The notes: generated by a model not told the origin, from the sequence alone. A DNA stretch of 63,972 bases, filler included, from Globobulimina sp. (GCA_003354225.1; 24 parts of 24 records of this genome joined end to end with filler, not necessarily neighbours in it); one strand, 5' to 3'. Shown: positions 1 through 10,685, numbered from the whole stretch's first letter. Translations and numbers: made by a program.

Positions 1-19
1 TTGCTTAATACAATATAAC

Positions 20-322
20 TTGACAGCAAATACAATATTATATTCATCGAATGTAACCAATTTGACAGTGACTGGATATGATTGGTGCGCAAAAAATGTA
101 TTTTCTCACAAAGGATCGGAATTTATGCAACAAAGAATACAAAAATACATTAAATTACAACAAAATTTGACATTAAAAATGAAGTTAATTTATTTGAATG
201 TTTTCGATTTATTTGACAATCATTGCAATTCAACGGGTATTGGGGATGGAAGGCATTATGCTCAGATAAAATTAGTTGAACTGTATTCGTTTGTTAACGT
301 CATCAATAATTTTTGTTCTTAA
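20..322 (+). CDS. 3' end of a possible SGNH/PC-esterase-like protein (partial)
   Basis: C-terminal LNVFDLF...DGRHY resembles the DxxH block of SGNH hydrolases. The 5' end is off the contig. Confidence 0.3.
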   Translation: MTANTILYSSNVTNLTVTGYDWCAKNVFSHKGSEFMQQRIQKYIKLQQNLTLKMKLIYLNVFDLFDNHCNSTGIGDGRHYAQIKLVELYSFVNVINNFCS

Positions 323-438
323 TTAATCTTTGCCAGCAACTGAATGCAGGTCAGTTTGACTAAAAAAAACTTTTATAAAAAGGATCCTCTCTTGTGCATC
401 CACCAAAATCCAACCAAACCAACTGAAAATATCACACC

Positions 439-2572
439 ATGTTTTCTAAATTGATTCAACGCCAACATAAATCGATGAAATTCGCAGCCAGTCTGCGCAA
501 TTACACACATCATAGCATTCAACATCTCCAACAGTTACGCTCTCCATCCATCCAATACAACACAATAAAAATCCACTATATAATGATTAGTCATCACCAA
601 TATTCCAGCTCGAGCTCCTCATCATACACCCAATATATTTTAGCAATGTCGGCTGCGTTAACCCTCTCATTATCCACTTATTTGCATTCAAACAGCACCT
701 CCAACACGGCCACCGCCTGCGGCATAATGGGTATGATCTCCACCGACGAAGACGTAGTGGACTATTTATTAGAGGGCCTCACCATTTTGCAAAATCGAGG
801 CTATGATTCCGCCGGCATTGCCACCATCGGCGATCACCTAACTTGCACAAAATATGCATCCAGAGGCAGCACCTCTGATAGTTTGGATTTGTTGCAATCT
901 GAATGTCCGATCACGCATAAAAATGATCATTGTGGCATTGCCCATACACGCTGGGCCACTCACGGAGGAAAAACAGGTACACACTCACTCATAAAAACGC
1001 TGAAACATTAAAAGTGCGAAAGTTTTTTTTTTAAAGTAAAGTCTTAAATGTGCTCATGTCAACATCACGCCATGTCGCCCTTACACAGATAGAAACGCAC
1101 ATCCACACTGTGATTATTCCCAACGTATCGCCTTAGTCCACAACGGCACCATTCAAAACTGCACCGAACTCAAGGATGAATTACGTGGCATTGGCATTGA
1201 GTTCCAATCGCAGACCGATACAGAAGTGATAGCAAACTTAGTGGGATTTTATTTGGATGAAATCCAGTCAAATCCACAGAAATATCATGAACATTTAACC
1301 AACGGCTACGCCGACGACGACGTGGCCATTGCTTTCGAATTAGCCTTAAGTCGATTGGACGGCTCCTGGGGCCTAGCCATGGTCCATCACAATGAACCGG
1401 ATAAGATCTATGTGGCTCGCCACGGCTCCCCGTTAATGATTGGAATTGATGCGGCCAATAATCGCAATTTCATCGCCTCGGAGCACACCGCCTTTGCCAA
1501 GTATACGCGTAATTATATCAGCTTGGATGAAGGCGAAATTGCAGTGGTCACTGCCAAGAATATCAACATCGAAGATGCGCACAGTCGCATCAAGAAAATT
1601 GAAAATTACGATAAAAGCAATTTCGTTACGTCGCCCGCCCCATTTCCCACATGGACGGAGAAGGAAATTAGCGAACAGCCGTCGGCTATCAGCGCAGCGT
1701 TGCAGTTTGGCGCTCGGTTATCGTACGACGACAGAATTATGTTAGGCGGTTTAACCAAAAATATCTCCAATTTGCAGGAAATTCGCAACTTAATCATCAC
1801 CGGCTGTGGTACCTCGTTGAATGCCGGTTTATATGGTCAGAGATTAATGCAACATTTAAAATCATTCGACACGATACAAGTGGTCGATTCTGCAGAAGTT
1901 ATCGCAGACACGTTTCCGATGCAAGGTACGCTCACCTCATTTTTTTTGGAAAATAAAAAAAAAACTTTACTTAAAATTACTTACTTGCTAATGTCGCATG
2001 GCACTGACTTGACTAACTTAAGGTACATCCACTGCCGCCTCTTCTGGCATATTAGCCATCTCGCAATCGGGCGAGACCAAGGACGTGATCGAGGCGCTAA
2101 AGATCGCCAACTCGCAAGGCATCGTTCGATTTAGCGTGGTCAACTCCGTGGGCTCCGCCATCGCGCGGCAAACCGGCTGCGGCGTGTATTGCTATGCAGG
2201 CCGCGAGAATGCGGTGGCCTCCACCAAGGCCTTTACGTCGCAAGTGACGGTCTTGTCGTTAATCGCGGCATGGTTCAGCCAGTTGGACAGTCGCGACCCG
2301 CTGGCGAATAAGCATCGGTGTAAGCAGCTAATCGATGCGTTGCATAAATTGCATACGTATGTCGGTGCGGTGCTGTTTGGCGCCAAGAAGCGCTGTATGG
2401 AGATCGCGGATTTTATCGCAGAGTCTGAGGCGTCGCATATCTTTGTTTTGGGCAAAGGCTTCGCAGAAAGTATAGCGTACGAAGGAGCGCTCAAAATCAA
2501 AGAGATTACGTACATCCACGCCGAAGGGTATTAGGGCGGCGCTTTGAAGCATGGCCCATTTGCCTTGATTGA
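439..2572 (+). CDS. GFPT/glmS: Glutamine-fructose-6-phosphate aminotransferase (GFAT), 3'-truncated; introns 977-1088 and 1926-2022; in-frame TAG at 2532-2534
   Basis: Motifs CGIMG, QNRGYDSAG, HTRWATHG, NAHPH, HNG, QTDTEV, GCGTS, SQSGET, AVASTKAF and [25 protein letters not shown]. The two GT-AG introns restore the frame. Confidence 0.95.
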
Positions 2573-2672
2573 NNNNNNNNNNNNNNNNNNNNNNNNNNNN
2601 NNNNNNNNNNNNNNNNTTAATTAATTAANNNNNNNNNNNNNNNNNNNNNNNNNNNNNNNNNNNNNNNNNNNN
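2573..2672. other. Artificial contig spacer (N44-TTAATTAATTAA-N44); first of 23, recurring about every 2.67 kb
   Basis: The same 100-nt linker with stops in all six frames recurs at 2573, 5244, 7915 ... 61307. Flanking contigs shrink steadily from 2572 to 2566 bp. Confidence 0.99.
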
Positions 2673-2805
2673 GTTACTAGTTACTATCGAATAATAACAC
2701 TTTTTTGATTTGTTAATTTTGAACATGCAGTACTGTAAAGGAAATGTAATTAAATAAATGAGGCACCACCACCGTGCAACAAGACGTCATTTAATACCAA
2801 AAAAG

Positions 2806-4983
2806 TCAATCCTTGGTTGCACGTAAGAATGATCGGTTGGTTAATGTTGTTTGAGTGTTTGCAATGGAACGTCGATATCCTGACTGGCATATATTAAATT
2901 TATGTCTCATTTGTTCAATAAATTGCTTATCGCCAACAACAAATCCACATATTTCGCGGATTAACCACGTACAGTCCATATTGTTTAATTTAAATTGTTT
3001 CAATGCATTTGTTATAATGTGTCGTGAATGATACATCCAATTAAAAACAATCGAGCTGGCATCAAACAATCGAGCTGACCTATTCTTATATAATTCATCT
3101 CTTTCACCAATAAGCATAAATGATATTATTTTGCGATTACCAGAGATATTCTCTGTATTATTCTTAATGTTTACTTTACAAACTTGATGATAACATAATT
3201 CGTTATGGAATACAACACAGCTTCCTTCCTTTATATTTATTTCTATTTCATCCATATTTCGAGGCTGAGCCATTTTATTAAAAGCATAAAGTTTTAACTC
3301 TCCACCATTTATATTGTCAGAAATGTCATAATAATACAATCCAACACCAATGATGTTTTCATATAAACCTTCACAATGTATTGGACCCTCATACATGTCG
3401 TTGTTATTTAAAATATGCAAATCTTGTATTTTAACAATAACTCGCAATGCAACCTCACATAAATTATATTCTGTAATCAATTCAAATTTTGGCACCATTT
3501 TAAGAAATAAATTTGTTAATGATTTATAAATTGTATCCGTATATAAGTATGGATTTAAATTTGGTATTTCCGATAATAATTTACATTCTGTTTTATCTTT
3601 ATTCACATAAAAAAAGGATGGTATCCATTGATGGAAATTATATGAACGGTCACTGTATTTTTCATCAAATAAATGTGAAAAAGATGACAAATGTTTGTCC
3701 GGATCAACTAAACCATAAATACTCCACGATCCAATCGCTGATTCTCTTCGTTTAGTAATGTCTTGATCACATTTTTGATATTCATTCAAATAACATTTCA
3801 ATTGATTATGTTCGTTTGGAGACAACAAATTATTTTCAAAGTGTGCGATTTTGTCTCTTTCAGTGGGGAAACTACTGTATAAATTAGTCATTGTTCCGTA
3901 ATATATTTGTTCAGAAACATTATTATTTTCCTTCGTACCTTGCATATTATTGATATGCTGATCATATTTTTTATTAAATTTCTCAAACTGCACTCCGAAA
4001 CATTTTGCAATCCAGTTTGATGTGCAACAAATGTTTGCTCCACGATCAGCATAATAAATACGGCTTACTCCACGAAGATCTTCAATGTTATTAATAAACT
4101 GCTTACTATCGACCATTTGCAATCCATTCTGCTCCATTACAATGATGTAATCACAGCCAGCATTATAAAGAGCCATTAGTTCTTCACCACAAATAATATC
4201 TCTTCTGGTTATCACAAAAATTGCCGGCCATTCATCCACTAAAACTCGAATGAAATCAATATTGTGACATTTATTATCCATTGCTGTCGGTTTCCAATTA
4301 TTTATATTTTCTCTGCAATCATTAATCATATTTATGAAACACTCTTCTTTGGTATTTAAAGTATGATGCCATGCATCAATAATTAATGATTTATTTGTGT
4401 GCGGTAATTTCGTTTTAAATGCATATTTATTGTGTAATTCGAATTGCTGTACATATGGATTTACATTAAAAGTATTATATTCATTTTGAAACAATTCAGT
4501 ACCAATATATTGTCCAATAATGGTATGTTTGGGAATATTTATTAATGCTTTAACTCCACATTCTCCATTTAATGATTGTATTCTTTTGTGTTTTCGAATT
4601 CGTTGTAATCTTATTATTTCATTCAATTTTTTTGTTTTTTTATTTAAGAATATCAACGAATTTTCAATACCATGTTGTGCACAATGCATTCCATTTAAAT
4701 CTAAATATTGTTTAATTAAAACCAAGTGATTTTGATAATTGTCTGATGCGTAATCATTATTCGGAGTTATTATGAACTTTGTATTTGGTTTATTTTGTTC
4801 ATTGGTAATATTAATATTATTTCTATATTTGTGTAATGAATCACTGCGTTGTATGTTGGTATCAGTTGAGATCAAACGAATGGTTGAGTACATATCATTG
4901 TTCATTTTCATTATTTTATTTGGTCTACTTGAGCTAGACGGCAATTCATATGCTGGATTGTTTCTTCGTTTTCTTTTTGGCAT
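2806..4983 (-). CDS. SET-domain + DUF4246 (2OG-Fe(II) oxygenase-like) fusion protein, 725 aa
   Basis: SET motifs: GVKALINIPKHTIIGQYIG, MINDCR, RDIICGEEL..LY. DUF4246-like motifs: LVDP, HQWIPS, SEIPNLNP, LRVIVKI, HCEG..ENIIGVGLYYYD, VVFHN...HQV, GNRKIISF. Confidence 0.75.
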   Translation of the reverse strand: MPKRKRRNNPAYELPSSSSRPNKIMKMNNDMYSTIRLISTDTNIQRSDSLHKYRNNINITNEQNKPNTKFIITPNNDYASDNYQNHLVLIKQYLDLNGMHCAQHGIENSLIFLNKKTKKLNEIIRLQRIRKHKRIQSLNGECGVKALINIPKHTIIGQYIGTELFQNEYNTFNVNPYVQQFELHNKYAFKTKLPHTNKSLIIDAWHHTLNTKEECFINMINDCRENINNWKPTAMDNKCHNIDFIRVLVDEWPAIFVITRRDIICGEELMALYNAGCDYIIVMEQNGLQMVDSKQFINNIEDLRGVSRIYYADRGANICCTSNWIAKCFGVQFEKFNKKYDQHINNMQGTKENNNVSEQIYYGTMTNLYSSFPTERDKIAHFENNLLSPNEHNQLKCYLNEYQKCDQDITKRRESAIGSWSIYGLVDPDKHLSSFSHLFDEKYSDRSYNFHQWIPSFFYVNKDKTECKLLSEIPNLNPYLYTDTIYKSLTNLFLKMVPKFELITEYNLCEVALRVIVKIQDLHILNNNDMYEGPIHCEGLYENIIGVGLYYYDISDNINGGELKLYAFNKMAQPRNMDEIEINIKEGSCVVFHNELCYHQVCKVNIKNNTENISGNRKIISFMLIGERDELYKNRSARLFDASSIVFNWMYHSRHIITNALKQFKLNNMDCTWLIREICGFVVGDKQFIEQMRHKFNICQSGYRRSIANTQTTLTNRSFLRATKD

Positions 4984-5079
4984 CGTTTAGAATTGATTTA
5001 CGAGCATGGCAAAAAAGAGCAGGACTTTGAAAAGGTTTTGAAAAGGTTTTTAAAAATTCAGTACTTATCGGAGACCCCT

Positions 5080-5234
5080 AATTGACTATGTCCAACTAAG
5101 TGATTTTCGAGACCGTTACATTTCATGTCTACACTTGTCTTTTAGATTGGCGATCCTAAATATGATTTTTACGAGAGAATTTCGTCTAAAAGTATCTACG
5201 ACGAATCAAAAATCATATTTAGGACAATCTAAAA
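5080..5234. repeat. Interspersed repeat copy (shared with 50541-50637) containing an imperfect inverted repeat
   Basis: 5080-5167 is nearly identical to 50541-50637. Arms 5140-5170 and 5208-5234 are imperfect reverse complements. Confidence 0.85.
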
Positions 5235-5343
5235 TCGACTCGTNNNNNNNNNNNNNNNNNNNNNNNNNNNNNNNNNNNNNNNNNNNNTTAATTAATTAAN
5301 NNNNNNNNNNNNNNNNNNNNNNNNNNNNNNNNNNNNNNNNNNN

Positions 5344-5742
5344 CGTTGTTATTATCAGTAATTGTTTGATCGATTAATTTCAATTGATGTAAAATTTGTG
5401 TTTTTGTTTGAATTTTGGTTTGTAATTTGGTTGCTAATTGCTTTTGTTTTTTGAGAGATGATTTTATTTCTTTTGCTGATAAATTAATGTTTTTTTCTTT
5501 TGCGTTGCGTAAAATGCGACCAATCTGTCAGGAAAATGGCGGAATAATGGAATTGTAGTGTTGTGAGTGTAATTTTTAACTTTTTTAATTTGTTTTTTTA
5601 AATCTTGCATGTTTGATTGCAGGTTTTCTAATTCTTTATTCAACGTATTCTTTTTGGATTGTTTTACTTGATTTATTACATTCTGTTGTATTGTGGCAAC
5701 ATCTACGGCTGATACGCCCAGACTTGCTAAATCTAGCGACAT
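5344..5742 (-). CDS. 5' part of a coiled-coil protein resembling the ERCC6/CSB (Rad26) N-terminus; one intron; truncated
   Basis: LASLGVSAVDVATIQQNVINQV resembles the CSB N-terminal motif LxxLGVxxxDxxxLEQxVLxQV and is followed by coiled coil. After a GTT..CAG intron the frame stays open to the contig end. Confidence 0.35.
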
Positions 5743-5764
5743 GGTTAGGGACAGTAATTAGTAA

Positions 5765-6329
5765 CTAAAACAATTCTGGAAAACTCACATCTGAACCAAC
5801 AGTTTGAGAGAATTCACGTTGTAATAAGCAAGAGAGTGAGTGACCATCCCTGGATGCTATCCATTTTTGCAGATCCAAGTTCCAATCATAACGATTTGGT
5901 CCACTGACTGGCGATGACAGCCATAACTGTTGATTTGGTGCTTGTTTATTTAGAAACCATACTCAGATGTTTGCTCCAAAATTAATGTTTAGTACTCCTG
6001 ATGCGGTCTGATAATCAAACTCATCATTTGCGACTTGGATCAAAGCATCACATTGCTCCGTTACGAGGTTCATCGCTCTATCTGCTTCCACATGATACAA
6101 GGTTTCACTTTTAAATCCAATGCCTGTTCCAGATGATGACTCTGTTGTGCTATGTATGTAAATCCCATTGCATTTTATCATAAAAGCTCCATCAATTTAA
6201 CTTATGCCTTTTATTTGCTGTATACCAATGCAATCGAATGAGAGAAAACGGTTTGGCAGATATCATGCGATATGATCGGCAGCCAATAACATTTAGAGAC
6301 AATCTAGCAATGAAAGATCTGCAAGACAT
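5765..6329 (-). CDS. FXN: Frataxin with mitochondrial presequence; intron 6150-6225; in-frame TGA at 5963-5965
   Basis: Manual translation gives MSCRSFIARLS... then YHVEAD...SGVLNINFGANI*VWFLNKQAPNQQLWLSSPVSGPNRYDW...WIASRDGHSLSCLLQREFS, which carries the frataxin/CyaY signature NKQxPNxQIWLSSPxSGP. Confidence 0.9.
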
Positions 6330-6388
6330 TATATACTAGTAAACTAAAAAGTTTTTTTTTTGGGTTTGTTGTTTAATTCAATAATGCT

Positions 6389-7812
6389 TCACTCATCGTA
6401 CGGTGAACCAATGTCCCATGCGAACATATGCTGTGAATCTCTGCGCTTTAAAAGTGTTTCTATAATAGATTCTAACCAATCAATAGGATGGGAAACCAAT
6501 TGATTGGTCGCATGCATTTCCACCAATTGTAAAATCTCCACCAATGGTTTTTGGAGGAATCCAATCTTTATACTTTGGGAGCCTTGCATTGAAAATTGAT
6601 AATTTACATTGATATCACCTTCAAGATATATTCTGTTAATGTTTAATTCCGATTTACTATATTTCCGGTCATCATTTGTCCGCAAATGCAATGCAATATC
6701 GACTGCACCAAACACCTTCACCTTTGCCATAAATGATGGATTTGACAGTGATCTTTGTAACTCATAGTCAAATAGTCGCATATTTAAGTCTGCCAAGTTT
6801 AATGTATCAATATGTAGCTTACAGTCCATGTCTGGCACTGAGATGTCGAGGCCAGTCAGTTCCAACTCAATTCTTTGCCAAATCTATATAATAAAATATG
6901 TATTTGTTATTGTGAAAGTTGTGTGTTTTTAAAGTTGTTAACTTGCGGCATTGTGAGAGTAAAGAAATCTTTTGTTTCTGGCAAAGCGTTTGTTTGCTTT
7001 GTGACAGGGTTAACAGCGACGCATTGATGGTTAAAAAACATTTGTGATACATCCAATATAATGAATGTGTCATGCATATTATTCTGATAATTAAAATATT
7101 GGATGTGATGAAAAAATCCGTTGCTTATCATGTATGAATCAATATATTGAGACAATTTCTTTGCTTTCATCTCATGTTCAGAGATTTGAATGGCAAAACA
7201 GGGCTGTTCTGCTTGTTGAGAATCATAGATGGCACGGTCACTTTGGATATTTCCAATAAAAACGACAACTCCGCAAAACATGCGGGAGTCAGATAACCGT
7301 AAACATATTTTTTGTTTCAACGCAACTCCGATATATTGCTCTATCGAATGGACAGTTGTTTATGTATTACAATAAAAATAAATAAATAAACATAAATTTA
7401 ATTAACTGTATGTCTCAGTGTATTTAATGATTTCTTGTAACTGTGCTACCCATTCATTTAATTGGTGAGTTGAATTAAAAGTGCCCGGGAAATCTGGTAA
7501 CGGGCTGTTATTCACAACGTCTATAATTTGTAATGTTTTGCTGCCAGTTCTTTTTATTTGTAGGTTGTGCGATAAATATATTTGCATTTTATGTTCTCTT
7601 TTTCCGATACAGCCACTAACGCCGTTTAAGAGCGAACACCAAAAACCTGGTTCAACAGAATATTGTAATATGCCATCTGAAAACAAGTTTACATTTTGCG
7701 AACCCAATATGTGGGACTGTGCATATTCACTGTATTGAGATCTTGTGGCTATGATGCGTGGTATGAGAGAAGCAAGTATTGAAAGGAAAGCATACATTCC
7801 ATGAAACATCAC
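6389..7812 (-). CDS. Membrane-anchored protein with PH-like and probable SMP (TULIP) lipid-transfer domain; two introns (about 7342-7405 and 6884-6942)
   Basis: Hydrophobic N-terminus, PH-like C-terminal helix (FNSTHQLNEWVAQLQEII) and SMP-like IWQRIELEL...LEGDI...IGFLQKPLVEI...WLESIIE. Three ORF pieces can be joined through GT-AG introns. Confidence 0.4.
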
Positions 7813-8416
7813 AGTTACTCACTGCAAAACCTTCGAGTATTTATCTTAACTATAATGCAAGCAAGTGTTGTGACAATAAATTAACAATAACAGATTTCCT
7901 TGGATCACCAGCATNNNNNNNNNNNNNNNNNNNNNNNNNNNNNNNNNNNNNNNNNNNNTTAATTAATTAANNNNNNNNNNNNNNNNNNNNNNNNNNNNNN
8001 NNNNNNNNNNNNNNTAAAAAAAAAACACCAAAAAAAGGGAAAAATCCAAACCAAAATATGCAAAAAACGCCATCAATAAAGACACCATCAATAAAAACAC
8101 CGACATACACACCATCTGAGACACGACCAAAAGGAAAAAGGAAATATAAGGCAGTGGAAGAAGATGAAGATGTAATGGATTGAGAAAAGAATCAACTATC
8201 AAATTCATATTTTTATATTGTTCTTATGATCATATCACATTGTTTTTTTGTATGAAATATACACAATTATCTCAACTCGAAACTCCATACCATAGAAACA
8301 CAAAATCAATGTTGCGAAAAACACTGAAAAATAAATCCGGAAACGAAAAAACGGAAAAACGATAAAAGCATTTAAATTATTCTTCAGCTGCGCACTTTCA
8401 GACTTGAGTTTTTTGA

Positions 8417-9547
8417 ATGTCAACTAAAAGAAGCAAACGCAAACGCAAACCAGAAAACGCGGATGCTTTGCAAAACAGCAACAAACGCCGCAGACTAAAC
8501 AACAATATACAGGATGCGAATACAAATAATAATGGAGTAGTAGCGGAAATATATTGTATTTGTCGGGAAGCAGATAATGGTGAACCAATGTTACAATGTG
8601 CTGATTGTTGTGAATGGTTTCATTTTAGTTGCCTGAAAATGGAAGAAAAATGCATTATTTATGAGACAGATTTTCATTGTCCTTTTTGCAACGATACGGA
8701 TAACAATAAAACCGAAAATATCTCAAATATTAATAATGAAGATATCACCGACGATGACGAAAAAGTGAAAACAAAACAAAAGAGTGTCGATTTGACGATT
8801 AATAAATTAAAAGACATTCAGAGTACAATAAATTCATTGCAAAATAACTTCGAGTCAGAACAAGATATTTTAGTACGTTCATTGAGAGAGAGATTAAAAA
8901 ATAAAACAAAAGCAATTATTGAATTAAAGGCGAAAATAAATGAATTAACAACAGATAAAAATAATTTATTGCGCGAGAACGAAATAAGAATTAAAGCTAA
9001 AAATGCAACAATCATCGAATTAGAAAAGAAAATAAATGAATTAACAACAGATAAAAATAATTTACTGCGCGAGCATGGAATAAAAATGAAAGCTATAAAT
9101 GACATATTACAGCAAAATGAAATACAAATTAACGAGTTGCAGAGTAAATTGATGCGCAAAGATGAGTTATTACGCGAGAATGAGATAAAATATGCTGTAA
9201 AAATCGAACAATGTCAAACATCGAAAAATAAATTGTTGCAATCGGACCAATCGGCAAATCAAATTAATGAATTACAAAAACAGTTTGATGGCAGTCATGA
9301 TAGTATTGACAGCCAAGAGACACAAAATACAGAAGCTTCAAATGCTACGCATGATATACAGGACAGTGAGGAGCAAAGGAATCATCTTAATGATAATGTG
9401 AATAATACAAAAAATAATAATAATACAAATGTTAATGATGAATCATCAGCCACAGAATGGTGGCAATGTGAAATGTGTTTGATTGAGAATGAACCAGAAG
9501 CAACATTTTGTGCTATTTGCACTGCGCCAAATACCCAAGTCCTATAA
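8417..9547 (+). CDS. PHD finger + coiled coil + RanBP2-type zinc finger nuclear protein
   Basis: PHD: YCICR...MLQCADCCEWFHFSC...FHCPFC. RanBP2 finger: WQCEMCLIEN....FCAICTAP. N-terminal basic NLS. A 96-bp (32-aa) internal duplication lies at about 8911-9100. Confidence 0.85.
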   Translation: MSTKRSKRKRKPENADALQNSNKRRRLNNNIQDANTNNNGVVAEIYCICREADNGEPMLQCADCCEWFHFSCLKMEEKCIIYETDFHCPFCNDTDNNKTENISNINNEDITDDDEKVKTKQKSVDLTINKLKDIQSTINSLQNNFESEQDILVRSLRERLKNKTKAIIELKAKINELTTDKNNLLRENEIRIKAKNATIIELEKKINELTTDKNNLLREHGIKMKAINDILQQNEIQINELQSKLMRKDELLRENEIKYAVKIEQCQTSKNKLLQSDQSANQINELQKQFDGSHDSIDSQETQNTEASNATHDIQDSEEQRNHLNDNVNNTKNNNNTNVNDESSATEWWQCEMCLIENEPEATFCAICTAPNTQVL

Positions 9548-9799
9548 ATTAATCACTCTTTTTTTTATTATTATTTTTGTCATTGTAGCGTTGTTTTTTT
9601 AGGTTGACTGTCTTTGCTTCGCTATTTTTTGTTGTGCATGACAATGACAATGGTTGTGGTTGTAATAAATTAAACCAAACGATGAAAATCATGTGACGTT
9701 TGACAATGAGATCACAGTAAAATTGTTATTTTTCATGCCCTTTCAAGTGAAGGCTGAAATATATACAATTTTCATATTGATTATTAGAGTGAAAGTCAA

Positions 9800-10447
9800 T
9801 TATCGTTGGTTGTGTTCAGAAAGCATATCATTCAATATTTTATCTTGTTGGCTATGTTGAAGTTGCATGGCTTCATTTAAGTTATTTCCAAAACTCTCGT
9901 CTTCCTCCGCCTGCTCATCATACATTGAGTCTTTTTCAATGAGTTTTAATGTTTTTTTCATTGCATCTTGTTCTGAAATCTTCACTAAGTACAATTCATT
10001 TGCAACTTCATCATTTCCCCCTGCTGTAATGGCTAATTCTGCTTCGTTTCCATAGCTTCCACCTGACAATTTCTGATGTTTCCCGGATTCTTTATTTTTC
10101 TTTACATATTGTTGTATTTCTGTACCTTGCTGAGTTTTAGTTACCTGATAACGAACAAATATAATCAATATTAAACAACAGCAGAGCAACGTTATTAATG
10201 CACCAACAGCCACATATTTTAATACATTTACATCTTCGTAGAATGGGCCGTTTTCGTTCTTTTCTGTTTTGGACGTTAATGTTGCATTTATTCTCGGGTC
10301 TGCAGTTGGTGCTTGACTCGATGCGGTAGTGACCAAAGATATGACCATATACATTACAGCAATTTGTTGTACATGTTGATCAGAAACAACCATTTCTAAT
10401 TTTAGTGGTGACATGCTTGCTATGTTCTGCATTGTACCTAAAAACAC
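9800..10447 (-). CDS. Single-pass membrane protein, 3' part; start uncertain
   Basis: APTADP stalk, TM helix YVAVGALITLLCCCLILIIFV and an acidic cytoplasmic tail. Confidence 0.55.
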   Translation of the reverse strand: MFLGTMQNIASMSPLKLEMVVSDQHVQQIAVMYMVISLVTTASSQAPTADPRINATLTSKTEKNENGPFYEDVNVLKYVAVGALITLLCCCLILIIFVRYQVTKTQQGTEIQQYVKKNKESGKHQKLSGGSYGNEAELAITAGGNDEVANELYLVKISEQDAMKKTLKLIEKDSMYDEQAEEDESFGNNLNEAMQLQHSQQDKILNDMLSEHNQR

Positions 10448-10685
10448 TGAAGTTGTACATCAAAATGGTTGTAATATCGTTGTAATGCTTCCAAGAACGC
10501 TTTAATTGTTGTATCACAAAACGGGAAACATAATGATATTCGAATATAATAGCTCCACAACATTTGGATCTGTTCCAGATGCATCNNNNNNNNNNNNNNN
10601 NNNNNNNNNNNNNNNNNNNNNNNNNNNNNTTAATTAATTAANNNNNNNNNNNNNNNNNNNNNNNNNNNNNNNNNNNNNNNNNNNN

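Noticed and set aside
2532-5965. Genome-wide stop-codon reassignment
   Set aside because: The two in-frame stops are different codons at different residues (Ser-like and Gly). Long conserved ORFs (BBS2, VPS16, ABCG) have none, and TAA, TAG and TGA all end genes in the window.
5963-5965. Selenocysteine in frataxin
   Set aside because: The aligned residue is Gly, not Cys, and only 22 bp follow the stop before the next ORF, with no evident SECIS.
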